From Azolla caroliniana (taxonomy: Eukaryota > Plantae > Polypodiophyta): a DNA stretch of 64,000 bases. Below, piece by piece: positions 51,108-62,553 of this stretch; within the stretch, counting starts at the first letter, position 1, and every line of letters begins with the position of its first letter. The DNA is taken from contig JBHGNT010000010.1 of NCBI GenBank assembly GCA_043228905.1, positions 10,044,001 to 10,108,000 on the forward strand. The letters are read 5' to 3'. A program made the position numbers and the translations under genes. The notes beneath the pieces are model-generated. The model was not told the origin of the DNA. It saw only the letters and a program-made list of their open reading frames with translations, and did not search any database.

Positions 51108-54100
51108 ACGCACTGAACGAGGTGGTTGTCAGTTTAGAATTGTCTGAACCTTAGATGGATCCATAGATATACCTTGTTGTGAAACCAGAAACTCCACGTG
51201 GGTTTGATCAAAGCTACATTTCTCAAGTTTGGCATAGAACCGATATTCTCGTAAGCATTGGAAGACTTGGGGGGCATGTATGTCATGCTCTATGCCATGT
51301 TTTTGAGTAGATCAAGATGTCATCAAGATATACTATGGGGAATGAATCCAAAAAATCGCGGAAAATATCATTTGCCATGGGTTGAAAAACCGCGAGCGCA
51401 TTCGTGAGACCAAAAGGCATAACTGTGTACTCGAAATGTCCATATCGAGTACGGAATGTTGTCTTCCATTCATCTCCTGGACGTATCCGAACAAGGTTAT
51501 ATGCACCTCGAAGATCTAGCTTCGTGAAAACTTTCGCTCCACTAAGACGCTTTAGTAAACTCGAAATCAAGGGTAGAGCATATCTATTTCGAACTGTGAT
51601 TTTGTTTAGACCTCAATAGTCCACGACCAGTCGTAGAGATCCATCTTTCTTCTTGACAAAGAAGATGGGTGCACCAGTAGGTCTTTTAGAATGTCGAATG
51701 AATCCATTTGCAAAGTGCTCGTCTATATATTCTCGAAGGGCCTTGAGTTAGGAAGGTGATAGATTATATATTGGGCCCCATGGTGGCTCTTTCCCAAGTT
51801 ATAGATCGATAGGACAATCATAAGGCCGATGGTCTGGGAGAGAACTACCTTTAGCTTTGTTGAAGATGTCTTCAAAATCCAAGTACTTGGTAGGGAGGGG
51901 AGTACATGCCCCTTGTGAGCTAGAGGATGGGTTTGCTATTATTGCAAAGACAAACATTTCATTTGTTTTCCCGTCTTCTCGTAATTTCTGTAGAGAGATG
52001 GGCGAGATTTGATGAGGTTTTGAATCTTGGTTGGTAGTAACAAGGCAACTGGATTCAGGTTTCTGCTGGATATCATTGATTGTTTGATTTCTCCAGTCAA
52101 TTTCAGGATTGTGAAGTTCAAACCAAGGCAAACCAAGGATAACCGGATGCTTAGGGCTATTAATTATATTGAAGGAAATCATACAAGCAAAGCTACCAAG
52201 AACTACTCGAATTGGCTCAGATTCTTCAACTATATTCCCGGATGAAATAGGGCAACCATCAATGACTACAATACATGCAGGGCAAGGGAGGTTTTTCAAT
52301 AGGATTTTCTCGGATAAAGAAAATTCTTTGTCTATAAAACAAGAGTTGGCTCTTGAATCTAAGAGAGCATAGGCAAGAACTTGATGACACCTAGAAGTGC
52401 TAAGCTCAACCTGTGATGAAAAAACTCGGCTAACATGATTCGATAAAATGGAACCACTACTTGGGGTTGACTTTACGTATTCAGGATTGTCCAACCAAAT
52501 GGCTCCGATTTTGGTTGGACTTATTCGTTTAATATTTCATCAAGTTGACTCTAGACTTCAAAACTATTGGACTAACCATGACATGTGGGACTACTAGGGC
52601 TAGACGATCTAACTGGAGAATTGGAATGAAGATTCTCACTAGTACTTGATTTACTTGTCGTTTTGGCCTATGTGGGCATGTGATCGTGATGTGTCCTGGA
52701 CCATCACAATACAAACATAGACAGTGTCGTAGTGTATTTCGTACACTACGTGAAAAAGTAAAAATAATATAACCGATTTAATTACATATAAATAAATAAA
52801 ATAAGAATATCAAAATGTTTATCACATGCATAGGGCAAGATTTGAACCTTGCACCTCCACATAACCAAACCTCAACTTTACCATTATGCTACCTTATCTT
52901 TAGTGTTCTACAAATAGATTTAATAACTATAAGTGCTTTATTTGCGCCTACCTTTATTAAAAGGTAAATCATGCATTTTTAGAGTGCGTGAATATTTTAT
53001 AGAAAAACGCAAGCAACTAAAAAGTGACTCATGCACATCTAGCGTGCATGAGCACTATATTTAGCAAATAAAAGCAAGGATTAGAAAAGCATCACATGCA
53101 CATTTAGTGTGCATGAACATATTAGAAAAAAAGCATGTAGCTATGCTTAGTCTCTCCCATCACTATATAAGGATGGGGAGCACATTGTAGTTTTGTTGAT
53201 TATTTTTCTATAATGATCAATCAATCTAAAATATTCGTGGGATTCACGAATTTGCTAAAATAATTCTCTCTTACTACCTAAATATTGACTAAATATACTA
53301 AACTCGTGGGATTCACGAAAATAATATAATCTATACTTGTGGGATTCACAAGTTTCTTATATCTTTCTTTCAATCTAAATACATATTCTTATCTAAATAT
53401 TGATTAATCGAATACAATACACTTGTGGGATTCACGAAATTTCTATCTCTCTTTCTAATAATCTATTCATTACTAGCCTCATCTCATATTCTTCTTTCTC
53501 CTAGTCCAAAACCTTGGCAGTTCCCACCCGACTCACGCAACGATCCGGAGCCGAAAGGCAAGACAACGGTTTGTTCGACGTCTTTGCTTCTCAGCTTCAG
53601 ATAAAGGCCCTCGACGACGTGTTACATCGATCTCCATTGGACTTGGACCACCTGATGGAATCATGTGTGAAGTTTGGGTAGTGCTCGTAGGTGTCGAGGC
53701 TACTACCAAAGCATATGTTTGATCCGTTCTTGGTCATGACATTAATTGATGCTCCAAACGTCGTTCGAATAAGCGGTTGTCACATAACACTGCACGACTT
53801 ATCGATTTTGTAAGTGATCTTGGATCTTCATGAAAAGTTAATAGCAAATCCTTTACATCATTTCTTAGTCCATAGTGAAATTGATCCATTAAGGCTTCTT
53901 CATCCCACGAAATATCACAAGCTAGGAGGTGGAAATCTGTGGCATAGGCAGAGGCACGACGGTCCCCTTGATGCAGTCTTCGAATGTTGTTAATCGTTGT
54001 TCTAACACTATCAGTGTCTCCAAAGTTTGCTTGAAATTCTCTAATAAAACCTTCGAAGTCTTAGAGAAGAGGAGGCTTCTTTTCTAGCAGTGGTGCAAAC

Positions 54101-54498
54101 CACGCTAATGCAGTTCCTGTTAAGAGGGTCCCAACGAGTCCAACTTGAGCTGCATTAGTCGGATAACTATTAGGGTGCATATGAATTACTAGACGTACTT
54201 GGTTTAGAAACCCTCGAAACTGTGATCGATTACCATCAAACTTCCCAAGAAAACAAATCTTTGGTTCTTTGGGAGCGGTTTGTTGCATTGAAGCTTGTTG
54301 ATGAAGAGACCGCAATGTTGTTTCGAGTTGCAATACACATGTCGATAACTCATCATATTGTTGTGCCTTTTCTATGCTTACTTGTTGCAAATCTCCAAGC
54401 AATCGTTGATTCTCTTGTTCTAACGCCACAAACTTATTTGCGAGATGCTCTAGTTCAGAGACGACTTGAACATACTCTTGTTTGCTAACTAACTCCAT
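51108..54498 (-). pseudogene. Element C gag, protease and RT (split by solo LTR O)
   Basis: MELVSKQEY...KFDGNRSQFRGF; ALLDSRANS; KLDLRGAYN; VYLDDIL. Confidence 0.92.
52725..53565 (+). mobile_element. Solo LTR O, 4-bp TSD acag/acgg
   Basis: TGTCG...AGACA termini; interrupts C gag at RRTNR|LCLYC; tRNA-like cassette at 52833-52892 (minus); TATA ctatataag at ~53163. Confidence 0.85.
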
Positions 54499-55085
54499 GG
54501 AGAGGATAACGTTTGGCAAGATTCTCAGAGAGAAGGAAGGAAGGAGAAGAGAGTGAAAGAGACACAGAAAGAGAGAGAGCAAGGAAGAAAGAGAGAAGGT
54601 AGGAAAATCTGGTTCAAACTGTCAGGGCCAAAGTTAGGAACGAGTTTTAAAATGAAGAAGAGAATGAGAAGCGAAAGATATGAGAGAGATAAGAAGAATT
54701 TGATAATGTATTAACAACGAGAGCAATGTTTACAAGAATATGCCGAAGATTGGCGTTGAACCAGAATGGTTCATCAATAGTCAAATACATGTTTATATAG
54801 CATGGTTTGGATACATGCATGCTTGGCACCTCATAGGCATGCATGATCGCCACTTGGCATTCATGCAAGCATGCCCCTTGGCAATCATGTGTTAGCCTAT
54901 GCAAGGTGGCGACATTTCAATAATATTTATTATATGTATTTCTTATTGATATAATTATAGAATTTATTATTTAATATATACAATATGATGTATCTTAATG
55001 GATGGGGTTGTATGCCTTCTTTGAGGGGGTCATGGGTTCGAATCACCATAAAGCTTATTGGGTTTTGTATACACATGACAAGATG

Positions 55086-56105
55086 CGTCCTAACATACAT
55101 AGCTATGTGACAAAATGTCACCAATGTTAGGTTAACAAAGCCGAGCGACTTAAAGCCGTTGGACTTTTACATCCCTTGGACATTCCCAATAATAAGTGGG
55201 AAAGTATATCCATGGATTTTATTGTTAGGCTTCCCAAAAAGACCATGATGCCATCTGGGTTGTGGTTGATCGACTAACTAAAATGGCCAAATTTATTGCT
55301 ACTAAAACCATGGTAATAACAATCCGATGGTCATCCTCAATCCGATGGTCAAATAGAACAAGTAAATCAAATTATTGAAGACATGCTTCGTGCATATGTT
55401 GGTACAAAACCAACAAAATGGGAACGTTATCTCCCAATTTTGGAGTTTGCTTATAACAGCTCCAAGCATACATCGATGGGATATAGTCCTTTTATGTTGA
55501 TGTATGGTTTTCAGCCACGAGCCCTGATTGATGTTAATATACATCATGATGAGTTGTGAAGTACGCAAAACTTTCTTCGGGATATGCAAGATATGTTGCA
55601 TATTGCATGAGATAATATATAAACAATTCAAGATAGAGTGCATTTTTATGCCGATCATAATAGACAACCTCGTGTATTCAACCCTGGATAGAAAGTATTT
55701 TTACGTGTACCTCACAATTCTAAGACATTGTCTATGGGTAAGTGCATTAAGTTAGCCCCACAGTTTTGTGGACCTTTTACAATCCTCAAACGCATTGGTT
55801 CATCAGCCTATTGTCTCGCTCTTCTTGATGGTGTTGAAATTCATCCAGTTTTTCATGTAAGTTGTCTAAAAGAACTTCTTGGTTCTGGGGACAATACAAT
55901 GACAACTGAAACTCTAGTTACTTCTGAAGAATTATCTTTTAAACCACATGTACCAGAGATAATTCTCGATGTTAAAACAAAAAAATTGCGTTCTAAAATA
56001 ATCCGAGAATTTAAAATAAAATGGATGGATAAATCTATCAAAGATGCCACATGGGAACGCGAAAATACTCTTAGAACTTTCCATTGCAAAAGTGCAATCT
56101 TTTAA
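55086..56105 (+). pseudogene. Element A integrase and chromodomain
   Basis: KWESISMDFIV; VVDRLTKMA; EFAYNSS; KLAPQFCGPF; IHPVFHVSCLK; FKIKW...DATWE. Confidence 0.9.
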
Positions 56106-56118
56106 AGAGGGGGGAGTA

Positions 56119-56576
56119 TGTTACGGGCATGACCATATAATATCCCGTGGTGAGAATGTACCGTAGTATTCTATAAATGTGGATAAAGTGTGAGGCTTAA
56201 ACGAGAGTGTAAAGAAGGGGAGGATTACTTTTAATCCTCGGGATTGAGACAACCCATTAGGCCAAGTGTGAACTTGCCTGGGGGACTTAGGTCTGGCTAT
56301 AAATATGAGGCCTAGCTACCCTCATTTCATCATCTCTTGACTACGTCGAGACTTTGCTCTTGTGGTGGGTCAACTCTTGTAGCGAGCGCTCTAGCACCAG
56401 GTATGACTCGACGCCACGACGGTGGTATGGGACGCTGATTGAGGCTCGAGTCCGTCTCGATCCTTTCGCTCGGGGGTGGTTGGGTGGATCGACACCCTTA
56501 TTTCTCTCTCTCTCCTTTCTTATAATCTATTTTTGTTATCCTTATCATATGCTTACATTAGATCATAACTCTAACA
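56119..56576 (+). repeat. Element A 3' LTR
   Basis: TGTTA...TAACA termini, preceded by the PPT. Confidence 0.88.
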
Positions 56577-57188
56577 CTTTTCGTAGTCTCTTCCATGCCA
56601 GGGCGCGCAGTCCCTACTCATGAGCATGTGGTAGAGTTCCCAATATTGAGATGCTTCCCAAGCTCATCTTTTACGACGTGTCATCTTGCGCATCTCTTTG
56701 CGAGCCTATACTAAGTAAATAGTACCACTAAATCGCGACACTTTAAGTTGTCTATATAAGTCTCTACAATACTTATCATACCACTTATTTTGTGGCATAG
56801 ACCCTATTCTACTGTGATTGAAGTATTTCATGTAGGGGAAGCTACTAATTGCTGGTGAGTGAAGGATGTGTGTGAGTTCTGTAGTTAGGTTCTCTAAAGT
56901 CAAGGAAGAATCAAGAGAGGAGAGATGGAATTGAACATGTCGGGAGTAGATGTCAGAGAGCTCATGCGTGAAATGTATTGTGGTGTGATGGTTTGGTTGA
57001 CTAGCGTTGGTGGTGTTGGAGGTGTCATATTTTAGTTCAAAATATAGCAAGCTATGGTCTGCACCAATAGGGCATGGGGCCACCTGGAAGAAGTTAATCA
57101 TTGGGGTAACTTCTATGTGTCCTATTAGGTAATCAATTATGCTTTCCCCTCCTCCATGTGGGAAACATGTAAGCTCTTCCGAGCCCGG
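56577..57188 (-). pseudogene. Continuation of the outer LINE: end of the APE endonuclease and linker
   Basis: LTCFPHGGGESIIDYLI...GADHSLL (APE C-terminal motifs); KWYDKYC; joins the 3479 side at AWKRLR. Confidence 0.85.
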
Positions 57189-58780
57189 TGTCGCGTTGTT
57201 ACGTGCGTGCGTGGAGAAAGGGGCGGGACCACGGGGGTCTTGAACCGAGGAGCGAGAGAGAGAGAGAGAGAGAGAGAGAGGTTTGTAGATACGCGAAGCG
57301 ACAAGGAGAGATATAGAACGTAACACTTGATTTCAATAACAAGAGATTACAACGACAAGAGAATACAACTCTAACGGTTACAACCGACAAGGCGGCGATG
57401 GGCCCGACACGGGGATCCTACTCACGCACACAGACAACACTCGCTCGACTCCCAAAAACAAAACAAAGGGGGGGGGGAGCCTCTGCTAGAAGCGCACGGG
57501 CTGTCCACGAAGCAGAGGCAACGAGCTCCCGACCCACAGAGACCGACGACCGGAGGAGAAGAGAGAGCTCGGCACTCAAATCTGCAGCAGCACTTCGTCC
57601 TCCCTAGCGCGCGATACCCTCTCCCCTCTCTCCTCTCCTTTTTATATTCCCATCCTCCTATCAATCCGCTTTATTCCCTGTCCCTCCTGACAGAGATACG
57701 CACAATCCCCTAATAAATGTGTGCTACTTAGTATTTACATCCACCGATCCATTTATGAATCGTGTGCAAAATATCAAGTCACGCGTCTATCCATGTAAGA
57801 GCCGGTTCATGCGCTTTTCTCTCCGATTCCGCCTATGGCCGGTTTTCTTCACGACATCCACCCCCACCAAACCGTGCATCCACCGGCATGCGCTAGAGAC
57901 GGGTAGATACCGAAGAAAACCGGCCTCACTTGTTGCTCTCCGATTCTCCGCCGGGCCCGAACTGATCGTTGTTGTCGCTCCTGCTCGCAGGCTCCGGCTC
58001 ATCTTCGAACCGCTTTTTGAATGCTTTGATCCGCTTCCCGGCCACCGGCATCGCCAACCGTGTCCCGTCGAGTTCCGCGAGGTAGTACGTGCCGTTGTCG
58101 TTCGCGCTCGTCACCATGTAGGGCCCGAACCACCTCCTGGCAAACTTTCGTACCGCCTTGTGCTGATTGTCGAGGCTGCTATCATATACCAAGACCCAAT
58201 CGCCTTCCTCGATCTTCTTTGGTCGTAATCGGTGCGTCCAGTTGAATCGGGTCTTGTTCCACTCCCTTGCTGCTCGCAGCTTTTCCTTCACTTGTATCAC
58301 GACCTCCGGCCTCCGTTCGAGTTGTCGGATCCGCGCCGCCAGCAACTCCTCCCGGCTCATTTCGTCCTTCCAATCTATTGCCGCCCATGAAGAAACCGTC
58401 CGTTCCACCGGCATAACCGCTTTACGGAGAGTCGGCGCTACCGTGAGCGCCTCCTTCAGTCTCCGTACCGACTCTGTGTGCTCCGTCCTCCACTCAAAGT
58501 TATGCCCCTTTTTCAATAGCCCGTAGAGGGGTTCCGAAACATGTGCGTAGTGCGGGATCCAGATGTGGTAGAACGCGCATGCTCCCAAGAATCTGCGGAC
58601 CTCCGTGACCGAATTGCAGTCATGCTTCATCGCGGAGATGGTTTCCACCTTGGTCGGAGACGGTTTCCGACCGTATGGTCCGCATAGGTGCCCGACGACC
58701 ATGATCTCTGATTGCCCGAAGGCCGACTTTTCCCCAGAGAAGGTGAGCCTCGCGCCTTCTAGTCTCTGCAGCACCTTCTC
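57189..58780 (-). mobile_element. Element M: F-related Gypsy remnant (3' LTR 57189-57856, PPT, deleted RT/IN)
   Basis: FLGACAFYHIWIPHY and KFARRWFGPY; PPT tggtgggggtgga as in F; TGTCG...CGACA termini. Confidence 0.88.
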
Positions 58781-59742
58781 CTCAAGAAATATCTTTTTGA
58801 CACTTTGGTGACCCCGGTTCTTCTCTATGGGGTGGAAGTATGGGGCGGTAGCATCCCTAAATCTACGTGGAAAGAGTTTGAAAATGTCCAAAAACATTTT
58901 CTTACAAAGTTTCTACAAGTTAAGAAACAATCGCCTTACACCCTCCTCCTTGAGACGAGATTGCTTCCCATTGAGATCATGGCCATGGAAAGGGTTGTTG
59001 AATACATGCTTAAGGTTCAAAAAAGCCCCTCACATCGACTTCCTAGAATTGCATGGGAAGCAAGCAAAAAGATCCAAAAGATGCATAAAAGCAAAATTTT
59101 GTGTTCCAGTTGGATGCAAGATTTAGAAAAATGGTTTGGTAGATGGGATGCAAGACACTTGCTTCATGATGCATCACTAGATTCCTCTGTAAATGAGGCT
59201 TTTTTGCAACGCCAATGTATCATGACATGGGACAAATGTGGTGGCTCACGCTTCACACATTATACTACAAATGTTGCACCTAACTACAAAACCATATTCT
59301 TCGCGGAACAAGGAAGCCATACACATCGATACATGCTAGAGCCCATCCCGATATCTGCCATTCGAACCATTGCTTCCATGCGACCTAGCTCGCACACATT
59401 GAGATGTGAGACGGGGCGTTGGGGCACAAGTGATGAGAGTGGCCGACTATGCACACTTTGCCCTAAACAAGTTCGAGAGTCTGAGTATCACACTTTGATA
59501 CAATGCTCTACCTTTGATCATATTCGACCATGCTTTCCACATCTCTTCGATCGAGCCCAATCCTTCCATGAATTTCTCTCACAACCATGATGTGCACTCT
59601 CGATTGTAACATGCATTGGTAAAGTTCTTGAACATCGAGAGTCGCTACTCACCTTCACAGGTATCACGTGAAATGTAATATTTTTGATCTCATAGGTCAT
59701 ATTTGACCTCCAAAGACGATAATATAATCTATCTATCTATCT
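58781..59742 (+). mobile_element. Element K: 5'-truncated LINE (RTEX-like C-terminal region) with an (ATCT)n tail
   Basis: LFDTLVTPVLLYGVEVWG; SHTLRCETGRW..RLCTLC..ESEYHTLIQC; short 3' UTR and tandem-repeat tail. Confidence 0.88.
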
Positions 59743-59775
59743 CTCCTTGTCTGTGTAGTCTCCCTCCCTCTCCCT

Positions 59776-59956
59776 CCCTCTCTCTCTCAAGTTTCTAAAC
59801 GGCTTAACCGGTTTGAGCCGGTTTGGCAAGGCTCAAGCCAAGCCGAACCGAGCTCAAACCATTTAGTCAAGCTCAAACCTAAGTCGAGCCACTAAGCCGT
59901 TTAAAACCGGTTTAGCTAAACGGTTTAGGCTTGAGCCGAGCCGTTGTCGATCCCTA
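59776..59956. mobile_element. One end of a probable hAT-type non-autonomous DNA transposon
   Basis: Dense gagcc/aaccgg/gctcaa subterminal repeats ending ...gtcgatcccta (reverse complement TAGGGAT..., an Ac/Ds-like terminus); the other end was not found. Confidence 0.55.
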
Positions 59957-60535
59957 TTGGAGACATAAGTTTGTGTGATTTTTGAGTTTTAAGTTTTGTG
60001 CAATTGGAAGTTTAGGGTTTTTTTAAATAATTTTTATGTAATGTTTCATGGCAAATTTTTGTTTTACACTTAGAATTTTTTGGAGTTCTTGATATTTTTT
60101 TTTGAGTCAAGCTCCTTGTCTAAGTAGGTTGGGCTCCTTCTATGAGTCGGGCTCCTTCCTTGAGCTGGTCGTGCTTTTGGTGACAAAGTCCAGCTCTTGG
60201 TGATAGAGGCGGTTAGAGAGTCGGCCTCCTGGTGATAGAGCTTGTCAGAGAGTCGGACTACTAGTGATAGAGTCAGGCTCTTGGTGACAGATGTTGTCAG
60301 CTTGTTATCCACATTTGACCGTCCGTGCCCGTGATTCCCTCACTTGCCCTCTTTAATATTTGGTACTAGTTAGATACGAGCGGACAAAATGGAAATACAT
60401 ATCTCATTCATACATTAGATATAAAGAGAAACCTCACTCTTTTTGTTGGGATTTGTATTATTGTGGAATCAATCGTCTTCTCTGTTGTTTTTCTACTGTC
60501 TTTTTTTCTTATCAATTACCTTCACCATTACCAAC

Positions 60536-62553
60536 ATGATGGAGGGCGTGAATCACAGAACCATCGCCACCAATGGCATCAACATGCATATCGCAGAAAT
60601 GGGCCCAGGTCTGTCTTTTTTCCTTCAACACACACACACACACACACACATTCAGTCAAAAACAAAAAATTAAAAGATAAGGCTAGATTTCCTTATGCTC
60701 CATGACCATTATCTTCATTCATGCGCTGGAATGATTCTTGAGATTCTTCACACAAGTCTGAAGTGCACGAGAGGTCATCCAAGATCAAACGAAAATAAAA
60801 GATATAGCTTTCCGAATGCTCCATCATCATTATCTTAATGCACGAAGTTTTGGATGCGCACCGTACCATACCTTGACGTGGTACACAACTATTGATCCTG
60901 AGAAACGTGGAGTATTGTCTGGTGGATTTATCAATCGATGCCAAATTTTCACAATAATGACATATTTGTTAATGAAAGATATCATAATCCACAAATCATC
61001 TCACATCGAGAGATTTGGCATCATGCATGTCTCAATCGAGATTCAAATATAATTGATTTCCAGAGGGAATATTAAATGATTAGTCTAATGGATGGAGTAA
61101 ATTAGAGTTTTTGGAGCGATTCTTGAAAGAATTCTCTTAACCATGCTATATATGTAATGTAAATCCAGGTCCAGTGGTCTTATTTCTTCATGGCTTTCCT
61201 GAATGCTGGTACTCATGGAGAAAGCAAATGAGTGCATTCTCGGAAGCTGGGTTTCATGCAGTGGCTCCAGATCTACGTGGCTATGGTGACACTGATTCAC
61301 CTCAAGGTGTAGAAAACTACACAGTCCTCATATTGTTGGTGATTTAATTGGCCTCCTTGATAGCTTGCAATGCCAAAAGGTATGTAAAAGTCGTTCATCA
61401 GTGATAGTGTATAGATCGGTTTAGTTGGAAAAAACAAATTAATATAGAAGATGAGGACTTGTTCTTACCAGGTGTTTGTAGTTTCACATGGCTGGGGTGC
61501 TATCATCGGATGGTACCTATGCCTCTTCCGCCCTGAAAGGATTATTGCGCTTGCTGCCCTTAGTGTTCATTACTGGCCATACCATCCGGCAGGTAGCATT
61601 TTGCACTTTGCCCGAGCTGCTCATGGTGAAAATCACTATTTATGCAAATTTCAGGTATGGGAAGTGGAGAATTTTTGCTGTAAAAATATTTGTAAATAGA
61701 TTATTATGTGACTCCTTGTGTTTATGCAGGAGCCTGGGAAAACTGAGGCTATGATTGCAGATATTTCACCAGATGCGTTTTACCGAAGAGTGTTTTGTAA
61801 TGCGGGCAACCCAAATCTGGATCAAGTCCTAGACAAGCTTGATAGGTCTCCAACAATGCTTCCGGATTGGGTATCTGAAGAGGATATTGAACACTATGTG
61901 AAAGCTCAGAAAAGCGGATTTACTCCCCCCCTTAATTATTATCGAGCACTTGATCTGTAAGAACGATAGGACCTTCATGATTTTAAAGCTCTTTTCAAAA
62001 TTCCATGTAGCTTGACATCAGCTTTTATATATATCCGTCTTCATGCGGCATATGTTTTGCCATTAATCTTGTGGACCCAGATTTGTGGCTTTCCAATGCC
62101 ATGATTATGGATTTTTAAGTAAATATATCGACGTTTCATAGAAGCCCTTCTGTTCCAGAACGAGATTTATGCGAACAAGGATTATTTAGTATCAGAAACT
62201 AGGAACACAATATATACATAGTGCAAGTGAAGTACTTTTTAAAAGAACCCGTTTCAGTTATTCAAAAGCTAATGGCATGTGTGCATGAATTTGGCAGCTC
62301 TTGGGAACTTACGGCTCCATGGGCTGGCAGCAAAGTGATGGTTCCAACACTTTTCATTATTGGAGACAAGGATCTTGTGTATAGCTTTTCTAATGTAAAG
62401 GAATACCTACATGGTGGTGGCTTTGCTAAGGATGTACCGAACCTCAAGGAGTGTATAGTACTTCAAGATGTGGGGCATTTCTTGCACGAGGAGAAACCTG
62501 AGATAGTAAATAATCACATTCTCGGCTTTTTCAAATGCTTCCATGTTACATGA
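60536..62553 (+). pseudogene. Plant soluble epoxide hydrolase (alpha/beta hydrolase), 5 exons: 60536-60608, 61169-61379, 61472-61654, 61730-61956, 62298-62553
   Basis: NGINMHIAE; LFLHGFPECWYSWR; APDLRGYGDT; LNYYR; IIGDKDLV; VGHFLHEEKP; GT-AG introns. A 1-nt deletion lies at ~61328 and the GHDWG nucleophile motif reads SHGWG. Confidence 0.88.

Larger units (their letters stand above)
11831..55080 (-). mobile_element. Element C: Tcn1-like chromovirus with both LTRs (11831-12284 and 54620-55080), TSD agatg
   Basis: Matching LTRs TGTCA...TGACA; agatg at 11826-11830 and 55081-55085; PPT at 12285-12299; inserted in the A integrase zinc finger. Confidence 0.95.
3480..56576 (+). mobile_element. Element A: old Ty3/Gypsy chromovirus, outermost LTR element of the nest
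   Basis: LTR copies start tgttacgggcatg at 3480 and 56119. The 3' LTR ends ...ctaaca at 56576 and is preceded by PPT aaagaggggggag. The LINE resumes on both sides; the TSD is degraded. Confidence 0.85.

Noticed and set aside
53234-53439. CRISPR-like array
   Set aside because: Repeats are only ~17 bp, spacers are irregular and partly similar to each other, there are no cas genes, and it lies inside a eukaryotic LTR.
56706-57326. 206-aa ORF as a host gene
   Set aside because: Chimera of M LTR sequence and the LINE endonuclease/linker.
57926-58897. 323-aa ORF as an intact protein
   Set aside because: Fusion of antisense K LINE, an RT C-terminal piece and an integrase C-terminal piece across deletions.
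60170-60310. Degenerate ggtga(t/c)aga repeats upstream of the hydrolase
   Set aside because: No termini, TSD or coding signal that would allow a call; probably an old repeat fragment.
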